From IMG/VR virus record IMGVR_UViG_3300038345_000103, positions 11,255 through 75,254 of that record: DNA of 64,000 nucleotides; one strand, 5' to 3'. The DNA comes from a virus. Its lineage: Duplodnaviria > Caudoviricetes. Below are positions 9,035-19,452 of the stretch, piece after piece (the stretch's first letter is position 1; each line of letters begins with the position of its first letter). The notes under the pieces were generated by a model. The model saw nothing but the letters and a program-made list of their open reading frames with translations. It did not search any database and was not told the origin of the DNA. The position numbers were made by a program, and so were the translations under genes.

Positions 9035-10006
9035 ATGTCAGCAAATGTATATGATGAGAAATGGCAGAAGAACCTAATGGAACTGATTGTTAAGCATCCG
9101 AACTATTACTTAAGGGAGTTTGTAAATTTCAATACGAAGCTTGCATATAAGTCATTGCACGGTTATGTATATGCTATTATAAGGTTTATGGATGATATAC
9201 GGAAACCTGTAAGGAACATCGGATTTGACGACTATACAAATTATATGGCAAGCATAAGAGAAATGTCTCCTTCGGGGCAGATAGTAATCTATTCAGCATT
9301 AAAGAAATATAGCAAATATTTGTATGTTTCAGGTAAGACTGATAAGGATTATATGGAATCGATTGAGCGTCCTAATGCAACAGAGCGTCAGTCAACTATC
9401 AGCAAGAGAGAAAAGGGATTTCTTTCAGATGAAGAGATACCCAAGTATCTTCAGAACGTAAGGAACGCTGTCGGTTATCGTGAAGCAAAGTACTGGAAAG
9501 AAAGAGACATGCTCTTAGTTCAGCTTTTTCTTAACACCGGGTTAAGATGCTCAGGCGTTTGGAAGTTGGATGTATCTGATATTGATTTTGAAAATCATAT
9601 GCTGACAACAACAGAAAAGCGTGGTAAGGTAAAGTCTTATGTTTTAACAGACGAATTAATTGACCTGATAAATGAATGGCTTGAAGCAAGAGACTCGCGG
9701 GCAATTAAGGGAGAGGAAGCGTTATTTGTATCGGAACGTGGTACACGGCTTTCTATAGAAAGAATAGCGGAGATAATTCATGCTTATGCGTCAAATATTG
9801 ACGGCAAGAATATTACACCTCATAAATTAAGAGCAACTTTTGGAACTCAGGTGTACAGTGCGACAAAGGATATTTATCTTACTCAGACAGCGATGGGGCA
9901 TAAGAGTCCTCAGACAACAGAACTCTATATCAGAGGTCAGGCAAATAAAAGCATGATGGTTGCGGCTGATATAATGCGTAACATCACTCTAAAAAATTTT
10001 GCTTGA
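9035..10006 (+). CDS. tyrosine recombinase (XerC/YopP-like)
   Basis: TGLR, KRGK, HKLR, MGH and ELY catalytic residues intact. Confidence 0.9.
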   Translation: MSANVYDEKWQKNLMELIVKHPNYYLREFVNFNTKLAYKSLHGYVYAIIRFMDDIRKPVRNIGFDDYTNYMASIREMSPSGQIVIYSALKKYSKYLYVSGKTDKDYMESIERPNATERQSTISKREKGFLSDEEIPKYLQNVRNAVGYREAKYWKERDMLLVQLFLNTGLRCSGVWKLDVSDIDFENHMLTTTEKRGKVKSYVLTDELIDLINEWLEARDSRAIKGEEALFVSERGTRLSIERIAEIIHAYASNIDGKNITPHKLRATFGTQVYSATKDIYLTQTAMGHKSPQTTELYIRGQANKSMMVAADIMRNITLKNFA

Positions 10007-10030
10007 CAGGTGGATAAATAAAAATATAAT
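10003..10030 (+). promoter_or_regulatory. sigma-A promoter for the DndB-like/MrpR-like genes
   Basis: TTGACA-16 nt-TATAAT overlapping the recombinase stop codon. Confidence 0.7.
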
Positions 10031-10050
10031 GGGAGAAGGGAGGTGTTGAT

Positions 10051-11256
10051 ATGTTACGAAAACACGAACTATTGGGAGATTTACGGAAATTATTAGCTTT
10101 AAATGTGGCTCAGAAAAATTGGCAGAAGGATACTGCTACAAGCATTCATGAAAAGCGAAATATCCCTATTGAAATACTGATAGATATTCTTACGCAAAGA
10201 ACAGATATTGAAGATTATAATGAGTTTACCTTATTCTGTATTGCTGAAGCCTGCAATCTGAAACACGGGTTAGATTACTACTTCACTCAGTCAGAAATCA
10301 ATGATTTTAATCATTATGTCCTGAAGACAACAGAAGTAAAGTTCCCTTATAAATTTGAGGTCATAGAGGTTGTTGAAAATTCACAATATATAGGCAAAAC
10401 ATCAGTTAAAGAACTGATAAGATTGCGTGATGCTCAGCTTATTAATTATAATGAGAATGCTCAACGAACCCTTAAACGGATGAAAACCGAGGGTGGTGTT
10501 GAAATATCCTCAATCGACTTAAACCGCAAGGCTGTAAACGAAATCATGCATGACCTTACAACCGGTGAATTTATTCCTAACACTCTGACTTTCGGCATAT
10601 CGCCCGATACCGACTTCGAATATAATAAAGAAAGCAGAACGTTGATAATCAAAGATAAAATCAGATTTGATATTCTCGACGGCTATCATCGTTATATCGC
10701 CCTGTCTAATAAGTACAACTTAGACAATCGTTTTGATTACCCTATGGAGTTACGCCTTGTAGTATTCCCTGAAACAAAGGCAAGACATTTCATCTTTCAA
10801 GAGGATAAGAAGACTAAGATGCGGAAGATTGATTCCGATGCTTTATCTGCTACTGACCCTGCTAACGAGGTCTGTGCTAAGATAAAGAACAAACTTGCCG
10901 GTAATATCCTCGTAGCACGTAACAACGGAATTATCGATGAGTCGGTATTATCTGAAATGATTCGCTGTTTATGTATCAAAAACGGTGCTAAGTATGACAA
11001 CAAGATAAAGAATAGGATAAGCGACGACTTTGTTAATGCAGTTCTTATTGGGGAAGATACATTTAACACTATCGACCTAAAGGTAAAGTGGTCAGTATCA
11101 CTTACTGTTGCGTTTACATTATTGGTATATACATTCAGATTGAATGAAAAGCTTCTTATCTCTATAGATAAAACCATAAGAGAAAAGAAACTTATTACAG
11201 GCAAGACAGTTAACAGGACAGTCATTAACCGAATACGAAAGGAGGTATTGGTATGA
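10051..11256 (+). CDS. DGQHR/DndB-like (ParB-fold) protein, SPbeta YopQ-like
   Basis: INYNENAQR, ILDGYHRY, FIFQED motifs. Confidence 0.75.
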   Translation: MLRKHELLGDLRKLLALNVAQKNWQKDTATSIHEKRNIPIEILIDILTQRTDIEDYNEFTLFCIAEACNLKHGLDYYFTQSEINDFNHYVLKTTEVKFPYKFEVIEVVENSQYIGKTSVKELIRLRDAQLINYNENAQRTLKRMKTEGGVEISSIDLNRKAVNEIMHDLTTGEFIPNTLTFGISPDTDFEYNKESRTLIIKDKIRFDILDGYHRYIALSNKYNLDNRFDYPMELRLVVFPETKARHFIFQEDKKTKMRKIDSDALSATDPANEVCAKIKNKLAGNILVARNNGIIDESVLSEMIRCLCIKNGAKYDNKIKNRISDDFVNAVLIGEDTFNTIDLKVKWSVSLTVAFTLLVYTFRLNEKLLISIDKTIREKKLITGKTVNRTVINRIRKEVLV

Positions 11257-12155
11257 ATAAAGAGCGGAAACAAATGTATATGCTTGAAACCGCCAACAAA
11301 TCAGCCGAACCATTCTTTCTAAAGGTAGAGCCTTATGAAGAACAGTTTGGCAAAGACCTTGCGGAATTTAGCATAAGGGAAATCTTAAATTTCTATAAGT
11401 TGATATGCAGTCCTTCAGTTGATTTCCTTAATAATATCAATTGTCAGTTCCGTATGTATACAGCATGGTGCCAGTCTCAAAATCTGTTAGCGGATAATCA
11501 GAACCATTATAATGAAATCGACTATAAAATCCTGATGTCATGTGTTAATATCGGATTGATGAAAGACAAAATTATTACAAGAACTAAGCTGTTAAAGCTG
11601 TTGACTGCCCTTGCAGAAAATCCAGTTGACCAGTTTATACCATTAGCGATATTTGAAGGTATATGTGGTGACCAATGTAAAGATTTATTATCCTTAACGA
11701 TAAAGGACGCTGAAAACGGATATTGTTATATTAAATCAGATGTTAAGGTTACAATGTCATATGAACTTCAACGTTATGCAAGGCTGGCTGCGTATGAGTA
11801 TATGTATTATAACAGTGCTTCTATAGGGAAACGTAAAGAGTTTCCTTTAGACAAAGGCGATAATCATATCATTAAAAAAGTAATCACTCATGGCGGTCAA
11901 AATGAAGAAGTCCATTATCATACAATACAAAAGAAACTCCGTAAGATGCAAGATGTCTTAGGTGTTGCCGGTTTTACTGTTAAAGCACTTAAAGAGTCTG
12001 GACGTATCCATTTAATAACGGAAACTATGAAGCAGTATAATTGCAATATAGAAGAAGCCATACAAAAGAATGCAGATATTGAGCGAATCTATGGTGTGCT
12101 TCAGTCTTATAAGGCATACGCCTATAAATATAGTGTAGCAATAGGCGGCGAATAA
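11253..12155 (+). CDS. MrpR/YopR-like repressor with a catalytically degenerate tyrosine-recombinase fold
   Basis: EEQFGKDLAEFSIREI N-terminus; IFEGICG and LKESGRIH replace the catalytic R and HxxR motifs; synteny. Confidence 0.7.
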   Translation: MNKERKQMYMLETANKSAEPFFLKVEPYEEQFGKDLAEFSIREILNFYKLICSPSVDFLNNINCQFRMYTAWCQSQNLLADNQNHYNEIDYKILMSCVNIGLMKDKIITRTKLLKLLTALAENPVDQFIPLAIFEGICGDQCKDLLSLTIKDAENGYCYIKSDVKVTMSYELQRYARLAAYEYMYYNSASIGKRKEFPLDKGDNHIIKKVITHGGQNEEVHYHTIQKKLRKMQDVLGVAGFTVKALKESGRIHLITETMKQYNCNIEEAIQKNADIERIYGVLQSYKAYAYKYSVAIGGE

Positions 12156-12171
12156 CCGCCTATAATTTCAT

Positions 12172-12423
12172 ATGAAGGAGAAAATCGTTATGACATTTAT
12201 TGAGAAAGCAAGCGAATTGGATGTGTGTTATATAACAACAGGCTTATGCCATAGCATCATGTTTAATATCTGTAATGTTGAAGTAACGGAAAGCGAATTG
12301 GTGCTTAGTGACCTTGACTTCGGTGAGGTGCGGATTCCTCTGGATGATTTACCTGTGCCTAATAAAGAACTCGATAATATAATGGAGGTTTGGGAGAGCA
12401 AATCAATCCGTTTTGAATTTTAA
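12172..12423 (+). CDS. hypothetical protein
   Basis: ORF after a short hairpin. Confidence 0.5.
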   Translation: MKEKIVMTFIEKASELDVCYITTGLCHSIMFNICNVEVTESELVLSDLDFGEVRIPLDDLPVPNKELDNIMEVWESKSIRFEF

Positions 12424-12444
12424 TAACAAGTTGAAAATTATGTA

Positions 12445-12473
12445 TTGACAAATTGTCTAAAATGGTGTATAGT
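12445..12473 (+). promoter_or_regulatory. sigma-A promoter of the replication operon
   Basis: TTGACA-17 nt-TATAGT. Confidence 0.75.
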
Positions 12474-12516
12474 ACGGACATACCCCATTAATAACTAAAT
12501 ATTTTATAAAGGAGAA

Positions 12517-13638
12517 ATGCACATGAACAAATTCAGATTTGTGGGCAAGGTAGAGTTGAACGCTCTCGATGCCAAAGTCCCGTTCAAGCGTGAAGGCAAA
12601 ACAAAAGACGGAGAAAACTATGCTTCGTTTAATTGTATTGTTGTGCCGGCTAAGAACAATCGGGCGTACTGCGAAGCTTATGGTGCCGTTACAGACAAAA
12701 TCAAGTCGTTCGACTCCGATGGAAATGAGATTTCAATTCCTTGGAATGAGAGAACTGATGAAAAATGGACTAAGAGCGTAGCATTCTTCCGACAGTACTC
12801 TATTAAACTTGGTGAAGATAAGCATAGCTTCATTTCAAGTTACGACTTCGTTAAGTTTCTTATCAGTAACGCATCGTTAATTAAGGATAAGAAGTTTATC
12901 GTTATTGGTTCTTTAAATCCTAACGAGTACAACGGAAAAATTACACAGAGGTTCCAGCTTCAGAACATGATTGAAATCGCTGATGATGATAATGAAACGC
13001 CTCAGCTTGAAACTACGCTTGATTATACTTGGACGGCTGATTCTATTGATGATGGCGACTGGACGGAAAAGAAAATTATCAATATCAACGGCTATATCAA
13101 TCAGAGCATCAACAAGGATAACAAGAATAAGTACATCTTACATCCTGTTGTCTTTGATGCAAGCAAGATTGACTTTGGTAATGAAAAGCACATGGCTGCC
13201 CTTAACATGAAGCTTAAGCAGATAGGTCTTGAATTTGCCAATGGTTCAATCAAGAACAAAATTAAGAAAGACGCTGTATGCAAACTTCCTTTTAAATGCC
13301 GTCTTATCAACGGAGCAGAGGAAAAGGAGTTTGATGAGAGCCAGTTAACGGAAAATCAGCAGGCTATGATTGCTTGTGGTCTTATGTCTCTTGATGATTT
13401 CAAGCCTAAGGGAGCTATCTATGGCGAAAGAAAGACTACATACAAGCTTTTCAGCTATGACCTTCGTGATGATTATTCGGATGGTTATGTAACAGTTAAG
13501 GACTTTACTCCGAGTGATTTGGCTAGTATGGTTTATACTCCTTCAGTATCCGGTTCAGCTCCTAAGGGAAAGGCAGAAAGTCCTACTCAGACAGTTGAGA
13601 ACACAGAGGACGGCGTTGACCTTGATTCATTGTTTTAA
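12517..13638 (+). CDS. SSB-like phage replication protein (YorF-like)
   Basis: acidic C-terminal tail ending DLDSLF; position before the ATPase. Confidence 0.55.
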   Translation: MHMNKFRFVGKVELNALDAKVPFKREGKTKDGENYASFNCIVVPAKNNRAYCEAYGAVTDKIKSFDSDGNEISIPWNERTDEKWTKSVAFFRQYSIKLGEDKHSFISSYDFVKFLISNASLIKDKKFIVIGSLNPNEYNGKITQRFQLQNMIEIADDDNETPQLETTLDYTWTADSIDDGDWTEKKIININGYINQSINKDNKNKYILHPVVFDASKIDFGNEKHMAALNMKLKQIGLEFANGSIKNKIKKDAVCKLPFKCRLINGAEEKEFDESQLTENQQAMIACGLMSLDDFKPKGAIYGERKTTYKLFSYDLRDDYSDGYVTVKDFTPSDLASMVYTPSVSGSAPKGKAESPTQTVENTEDGVDLDSLF

Positions 13639-13653
13639 TTAAGGAGGATTAAC

Positions 13654-14787
13654 ATGGGTAAGTTTGGTAAAAAGGTTGAAATAAACCTTAATCCTTTAGC
13701 TTATAATTTTGGACTTTTAGGTGAGTCCGGTATCGGTAAGTCAACTATTGTAAAGCAGATGTGTGAAAAACTTGTAGGCGATGAAGGTTATATTGCACTT
13801 GACATCGGTAAGGAAGATGGTCATAAGGCAATCTCGGGTATCGTATCAGAACAAGTCCCTACATGGAGTAAGTTTGCCGAGGTTATCGATGATATTGTTG
13901 AGAATAAAGCAGAAGATTATCCGAATTTAAAGGTAGTTGTTATTGATACATATGACCAGCTTTGTGTAATTGCTGAAAAGGAAGTTGTAAGGCTTTGGAA
14001 TAAAAAGTGTATTGAATCCCAAAAACCTCAGATTGACACCATTAATCAGGCATTTGGTGGTTACGGTAAGGGTATCGACAAAGTAAAAGAAATCATACTT
14101 GATAAACTTTGGGCATTAAAGAGCGTCGGAGTATCATTCTGTATCATCGGGCATACAAAGAGAACGGATATTACCGATGTAATGTCAGAAGAGCAGTATT
14201 CAATGCTTACCGCTAACACAACACAGAATTATTTTAACGCTATTAAAACAAAGCTTGACTTTCTTGGCATGGCTTACATTGACCGTGAAATGGTTAAAGT
14301 TAAGACTAAGAACAAGGATAAAGACGGAAACGTTATCGTAAAGAATAAGGTGTCAGGTGAGAGCCGTGTGATTAATTTCCGTGATGATACCTATTCGGTT
14401 GATAGCAAGTGCAGGTTTGCTAATATTATCGACCAAATTCCCTTTGATGTGGATGCTCTTATTAAAGCAATGCAGGACGCTATATTAGCAGAACAAAGTA
14501 AGGACGGTATAACACTTGACGATGCCAAAAAGAAACAGGCTGAGGAAGCCGTAATCGCTGAAGAGAAAGCAAAACAAAACTCCGAAGCAGCAAAAGCAAA
14601 GAAAATAGCAGAACAGGAGGAGGTTAAGAGAAGCGATGTACTTAATTCGATACAGTCCAAGTTCCCTAATTTATCCGTTGACAAGATAAATCAAATTAAA
14701 GAACGCTTGACCGCCGCTGGCTATTCTAAATTTACAGATTCTAATATCCCTGTTAGTCTGTTGATAGAGATTGACAAGGACATCTGA
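13654..14787 (+). CDS. AAA_24 / Sak4-like ATPase (YorG-like)
   Basis: Walker A GESGIGKS; Walker B VVVIDT; IIGH. Confidence 0.85.
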   Translation: MGKFGKKVEINLNPLAYNFGLLGESGIGKSTIVKQMCEKLVGDEGYIALDIGKEDGHKAISGIVSEQVPTWSKFAEVIDDIVENKAEDYPNLKVVVIDTYDQLCVIAEKEVVRLWNKKCIESQKPQIDTINQAFGGYGKGIDKVKEIILDKLWALKSVGVSFCIIGHTKRTDITDVMSEEQYSMLTANTTQNYFNAIKTKLDFLGMAYIDREMVKVKTKNKDKDGNVIVKNKVSGESRVINFRDDTYSVDSKCRFANIIDQIPFDVDALIKAMQDAILAEQSKDGITLDDAKKKQAEEAVIAEEKAKQNSEAAKAKKIAEQEEVKRSDVLNSIQSKFPNLSVDKINQIKERLTAAGYSKFTDSNIPVSLLIEIDKDI

Positions 14788-14798
14788 TAATTCTTATA

Positions 14799-14833
14799 TA
14801 GTCCGGTGCTTAACAGTGCCGGACTATTTCTTT
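14799..14833 (+). terminator. probable intrinsic terminator
   Basis: TAGTCCGG/CCGGACTA stem followed by TTTCTTT. Confidence 0.55.
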
Positions 14834-14844
14834 AGGAGGATGAT

Positions 14845-15342
14845 ATGTTAGTTAAACTACATGATTACAATAACGACAGTAAGATAGACCGCAAAGACGC
14901 TTATAAGGCTCCTAACGGTTTTTATTATTCTTCAGAAGAAGCATATCAAACCACCATACAGCGTGAACAACAACGAAAACAGTGTATCGATAAGATGTAT
15001 GATTATATGGGCTATCAAAGCTTTATGAAGATACCGACTATCTTTTACAAGAAGTTAAAAGACTGGGAAGGATATGGCTATAATGTTATCTATCGGGCTA
15101 TGTTACTTGCAGAAAGTGGTATTCAGAGAGCACTGACATCAAAAGAGTTCGATAGTGAATTTAATAAGGTAACTTACTTATCAGCAATCATACAAAATCA
15201 GCTTAACGATGCCTTAAAATTAGAAAAACGTGAGAAGTCAGTCAAGGCTGATACTCCTAAGATAGAAGTCGATAATATCAGCAATATTGGACGCAAGACA
15301 AATCCTGCTGCCGGCGTCGCTGATTTACTTGGAGGTATTTAA
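14845..15342 (+). CDS. replication-associated protein (YorH-like, possible helicase loader)
   Basis: synteny immediately before the helicase. Confidence 0.5.
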   Translation: MLVKLHDYNNDSKIDRKDAYKAPNGFYYSSEEAYQTTIQREQQRKQCIDKMYDYMGYQSFMKIPTIFYKKLKDWEGYGYNVIYRAMLLAESGIQRALTSKEFDSEFNKVTYLSAIIQNQLNDALKLEKREKSVKADTPKIEVDNISNIGRKTNPAAGVADLLGGI

Positions 15343-15346
15343 TGCT

Positions 15347-16804
15347 ATGGATTTAGCAAGTATTAAAGAAAAAATCAATAAAGACAGAGAACGGATTGAG
15401 TGTTCATTTGTCTTTTGCTTTTGGAAAGACCCGACATTATATGATGACTATAAAGAAGTCAACATGGGGACAGATGAGACTATTATAACCAAGGATGCGA
15501 TATTTTATTTTCAACTCGGCAGAGCGTTACGGAGACAGGGATTAAACACCTTCGATAATATATCGGTAGCAAACTATCTCGTATCTCACCCTACAGTTAA
15601 TACCCAGTTTGAAGAGTATGGTGGTTGGCATGAAGTTGAAAAGCTGAAAAGCCTTGTCAATACCAATAATATCAATTCTTATTATGATGATTTGGTAAAG
15701 CGAAATGCTTTAATCACTATAGCAACAAAGTATGATGAATTGTTTGATGATATTGGACGTTTTGAAAATGCATCGTCAGATGAAGTATATAAGACGTTTG
15801 ACCTGTTGAACAGTTCAGCTATCATATCAAGTAAGAACGAGTCCAAAATTGAGGATATGCATATCACTCCTGAGGATATTGAGTACTTTGAACAGGGTGA
15901 AGCACAGGGTATATCTTACTATAATGCAGCCCCACTCCTTAATTATACTACGTTGGGACTTCCCATTGCTGATATATATCTTATATCGGGGCACTCCGGT
16001 TCAGGCAAGACATCGTTTGCCTTCAACATGGCAGTCAGTATTGCTGCGGACGGCAACCCTGTTACTATCTTAGCTAATGAAATGAAGTTGCGTAAATATA
16101 AGATATTATTACTCGCATATGTATTAACTCACGAATTAAAGTATTATAAGATAACCCGTAAAAAGATACAGATAGGCAGGTGGACTGAGGAAGAGAAACT
16201 CAAGATACTTGAAGCGGCTAAAATCATTAACGAAAAGTATCTGAACATCAAATTCATTGAGATATTTGGTAATGATTCGGCTACAATCATGCGTCAGATG
16301 AAACAGGCGAACCGCCTGTATGGTTGTTCAGTTTTCTTTTGGGATACATATAAGAGTGATGATACGTCATCCGATAAGATGTGGCAGGAACTGCTTATGA
16401 GCAGTCGTCGAGTATTTAATCTTGTAGCCAAGGAAGACTGGAGTCTTGTATGTACCTTTCAGCTTGCTGGCTTTACTACAAATCAGCGTTATCTTGATGC
16501 CGGCTGTCTCAGTAACTCAAAGCAGATAAAAGAAGTAGTCAGCGAACATATCATGCTACGTAAGCTTTGGCATGATGAATACAGTGGAGAGAAGTTTGAC
16601 TGTAAACCATACAAGTTTAAACCTGATTCAAAAGATAAGGAATATTTAATATTAGACCCTGAAAAAACATATATCGTTGCGTTTATCGATAAGACACGTA
16701 ACGATGAAAATGCAAAGTGTATCTTATTCGAGTGGACAAGTGCATGGAACAAATGGACAGAGTTAGGTTACTGTCACATCTTAAACGACCATAGGGGCAT
16801 CTAA
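15347..16804 (+). CDS. dnaB: replicative DNA helicase, DnaB-like
   Basis: Walker A SGHSGSGKT; FFWDTYK; TFQL; IDKTRND; RBS GGAGG. Confidence 0.85.
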   Translation: MDLASIKEKINKDRERIECSFVFCFWKDPTLYDDYKEVNMGTDETIITKDAIFYFQLGRALRRQGLNTFDNISVANYLVSHPTVNTQFEEYGGWHEVEKLKSLVNTNNINSYYDDLVKRNALITIATKYDELFDDIGRFENASSDEVYKTFDLLNSSAIISSKNESKIEDMHITPEDIEYFEQGEAQGISYYNAAPLLNYTTLGLPIADIYLISGHSGSGKTSFAFNMAVSIAADGNPVTILANEMKLRKYKILLLAYVLTHELKYYKITRKKIQIGRWTEEEKLKILEAAKIINEKYLNIKFIEIFGNDSATIMRQMKQANRLYGCSVFFWDTYKSDDTSSDKMWQELLMSSRRVFNLVAKEDWSLVCTFQLAGFTTNQRYLDAGCLSNSKQIKEVVSEHIMLRKLWHDEYSGEKFDCKPYKFKPDSKDKEYLILDPEKTYIVAFIDKTRNDENAKCILFEWTSAWNKWTELGYCHILNDHRGI

Positions 16805-16805
16805 T

Positions 16806-17798
16806 ATGAATATTTCTGGGATTATCAATACAATAGAAAACAATCCCGAATTGATTGAAGTAATCCTAGAAGCCCTTGGACATGTCGATGTGAGAGATAG
16901 AGGAAGATATTATCAGTGCAGCAACCTTGATGGTGATAACCACACTGCTATATCAATCCTTAAAGAACGACTGTTATATAACAACTATACAAGAGGGCGT
17001 AAAGGAAATATCTTTACCCTTGTCATGGATGAAAAGGATGTTGGGTTTGGCTCTGCTCTACGTTTTATCGCTCAAACAATCGGATATGATGATTCGAAGA
17101 GTAGAGTACACTATCCTTTTTCGGGATTTTATCGTGGACTTGTTGGCGGCTCAGATGATATTGAACACAACATCCCCGTTTATGATGAAAGCGAACTACC
17201 TGAAGCCGGAGCTTTAAGTGAGATGTGGTTTAAAGATGGAGTTGACTATCTCACTCAAGAGCGGTTCGGTATTACGATAGACTTTAAAAGCAACAGGATA
17301 ATTATTCCTGAGCATAATACAGATGGAGAATTAATCGGAGCAAAGGGGCGTTATAACGGAGAATGCGACCCGTCAGAACGCTGGTCTATGTATCTGCCTT
17401 ATCCTAAATCATTAGTCTTATATGGATGGCATCAAAACTATACCTCTATAATGAAAAAACAAATAGTCTTTCTTGTAGAAGCTGAGAAGTCAGTTTGTCA
17501 GGCTGCATCTTGGGGATTCAATCTCCTTCTTGCTACTGGCGGACATGACATTAGTTCAACACAGGCTAAAAATATTCAGTCATTAGGGGTTGATGTTGTT
17601 ATTGCTTATGATGAAGGTATAAGTACAGAAGAAATTAAAGAGCAAGCACGAAAAGTTATCCTTGATAGTAAGTATTGGAGTAATCGTGTTGGCTATATAG
17701 ACATGACCGGTTTAAAGAGCAAAGTGTCTCCAACTGATTCAGGGTATAGAGCATTTAAAAATATTGTAAAAACAAGGACTAAATGGATATATGGATGA
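16806..17798 (+). CDS. dnaG: DNA primase (Toprim)
   Basis: FLVEAEKS, ATGG, IAYDEG; RIIIP..GELIGAKGR. Confidence 0.8.
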   Translation: MNISGIINTIENNPELIEVILEALGHVDVRDRGRYYQCSNLDGDNHTAISILKERLLYNNYTRGRKGNIFTLVMDEKDVGFGSALRFIAQTIGYDDSKSRVHYPFSGFYRGLVGGSDDIEHNIPVYDESELPEAGALSEMWFKDGVDYLTQERFGITIDFKSNRIIIPEHNTDGELIGAKGRYNGECDPSERWSMYLPYPKSLVLYGWHQNYTSIMKKQIVFLVEAEKSVCQAASWGFNLLLATGGHDISSTQAKNIQSLGVDVVIAYDEGISTEEIKEQARKVILDSKYWSNRVGYIDMTGLKSKVSPTDSGYRAFKNIVKTRTKWIYG

Positions 17799-18141
17799 AT
17801 TAAGATTACTTATACTAAGTCGATATGGTACTGTTCGCTCCTTTGCGATGGATTATGGAGCGTCAGAGAGTATGCTGAGTCATATTCTTGCTGGCAGAAA
17901 AGAAATCCCTGACAAAGAGAAATTTGCTAAGTTGTTATCGATTGATGTTGAAACATTAGAAACTTATATAAATCGACAGCCATTAACCAACAAGCAGAAA
18001 TTTGAAGAGATTTTTGGGTGTCAGCCAAACGCTAAGTGTCCATTGGCTTCAACGCCTTTATGTAACGATGACTGTAGTAAATGTCAACATAATCAGTTTT
18101 GGGAACAAACATTTCATACAAAGGAGAAATTATATGGATGA
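17791..18141 (+). CDS. XRE-type HTH protein with Cys-rich C-terminus
   Basis: TVRSFAMDYGASESMLSHILAGRK. Confidence 0.6.
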   Translation: MDELRLLILSRYGTVRSFAMDYGASESMLSHILAGRKEIPDKEKFAKLLSIDVETLETYINRQPLTNKQKFEEIFGCQPNAKCPLASTPLCNDDCSKCQHNQFWEQTFHTKEKLYG

Positions 18142-18421
18142 TAATATTTATACAGAAGATTGTAATATATCAGGTTTAACTGAATTACTCAATTTTCAAG
18201 TATATAAATCTAAAAAGACAGGCAAATATTATGCGTCATTTATACACCATACTGGCGGTGGATTTTCAGAATTAATAAAGGCATATGAAAATAATACTTC
18301 ATTTGAAACAGGAGATTTTAATTTAAGTGGTCATGTATGGCATGATTGCAATCTAACTAAAGATGATTATAATGCTTTAGTTACAATAATTAACAAATTA
18401 AAACCAGTACAATATAGATAA
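18134..18421 (+). CDS. hypothetical protein
   Basis: RBS AAGGAG. Confidence 0.55.
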   Translation: MDDNIYTEDCNISGLTELLNFQVYKSKKTGKYYASFIHHTGGGFSELIKAYENNTSFETGDFNLSGHVWHDCNLTKDDYNALVTIINKLKPVQYR

Positions 18422-18434
18422 GGAGAAAATTAAC

Positions 18435-18752
18435 ATGTTAAATATTCAAACAGAGGGCGATGAAATCAAAGTAATAGCAGAGGGTACTACACCGGAGGTG
18501 TTTAATGAGTTGGGTCTTGTAATTCATAATATTTATAAGACATCTGTTAGTAATTTAATTGAAGCTAAACCATCTGCTCCAACAATGATACAAGACTTTG
18601 TACGTAACCAATTGCTACGTACTATAGCATCAGCAATTGCGACTGCAGATATGGAATTAACTGAGTCCGGCATTACCACCAATTCAGATTTTGAAGCCAT
18701 ATTTAAGGCTATGTTTGACGATAAGGAGAGAAAAGATGATAGTAAAACGTAA
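18435..18752 (+). CDS. hypothetical protein
   Basis: RBS AAGGAG. Confidence 0.55.
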   Translation: MLNIQTEGDEIKVIAEGTTPEVFNELGLVIHNIYKTSVSNLIEAKPSAPTMIQDFVRNQLLRTIASAIATADMELTESGITTNSDFEAIFKAMFDDKERKDDSKT

Positions 18753-18933
18753 ATATATTACTAATATTGATTTACAACAATACTGCGATAAGAGACATGA
18801 AGAATTAGGGTGTGAAGCTTGTTATTCATGCGATTTGAAATTAAGGATAAGCAATAGTCAGTGGTGTATTAAAGATGTGCCGGAGCTTAAACAAATGATA
18901 ACGGAATTTTGGAATGGAGATGTAGAGATATAA
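18736..18933 (+). CDS. small Cys-containing protein
   Basis: RBS AAGGAG. Confidence 0.5.
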   Translation: MIVKRKYITNIDLQQYCDKRHEELGCEACYSCDLKLRISNSQWCIKDVPELKQMITEFWNGDVEI

Positions 18934-18950
18934 AAGGAGAGTTAAAAGGA

Positions 18951-19295
18951 ATGAATACAAAATATAGCGACGAATATATACAAGGTGTAAATGATGTGGT
19001 TGAGTGTATTTATAAAATCAGAGCTGCTGAAAATGATGGTGGCATACCTCATCATGCTTTAATAAGTATGTTTGGATTATCTAGTCCATCTAACATTTTC
19101 ATGTCATTCCCTGCTTTAGATATTATAGAAAAGATAAGGCAATGGGAATGGGAACAGGTTCCTACATTTGACAATGCTATCAAGATTCTTGAACAGGCAA
19201 AAGTATATAATAATATAACAGGTTATCGTGACTCTATATCATATATCAATCAAGCTATTGATATGTTAAAGCAAATGCAAAAATCAGACCAGTAA
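18951..19295 (+). CDS. hypothetical protein
   Basis: operon ORF. Confidence 0.5.
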   Translation: MNTKYSDEYIQGVNDVVECIYKIRAAENDGGIPHHALISMFGLSSPSNIFMSFPALDIIEKIRQWEWEQVPTFDNAIKILEQAKVYNNITGYRDSISYINQAIDMLKQMQKSDQ

Positions 19296-19452
19296 GGAGA
19301 CACCAATCAAGAGCCTTAAAGCGTGGAGCAATCTGGAATCCGAAATCTTGGCAATCGGTAGTTGGCAGAATGAAAGCGAAATATCTGATTATGGCATTAA
19401 GGATTGCTTGGCTATTATTAATAGGCATATAGCAGAAATAAGGGGTGATTGA

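Noticed and set aside
10051-11256. Dnd phosphorothioation system
   Set aside because: Only a DndB-like domain is present; there is no dndACDE, and the context matches a phage switch module.
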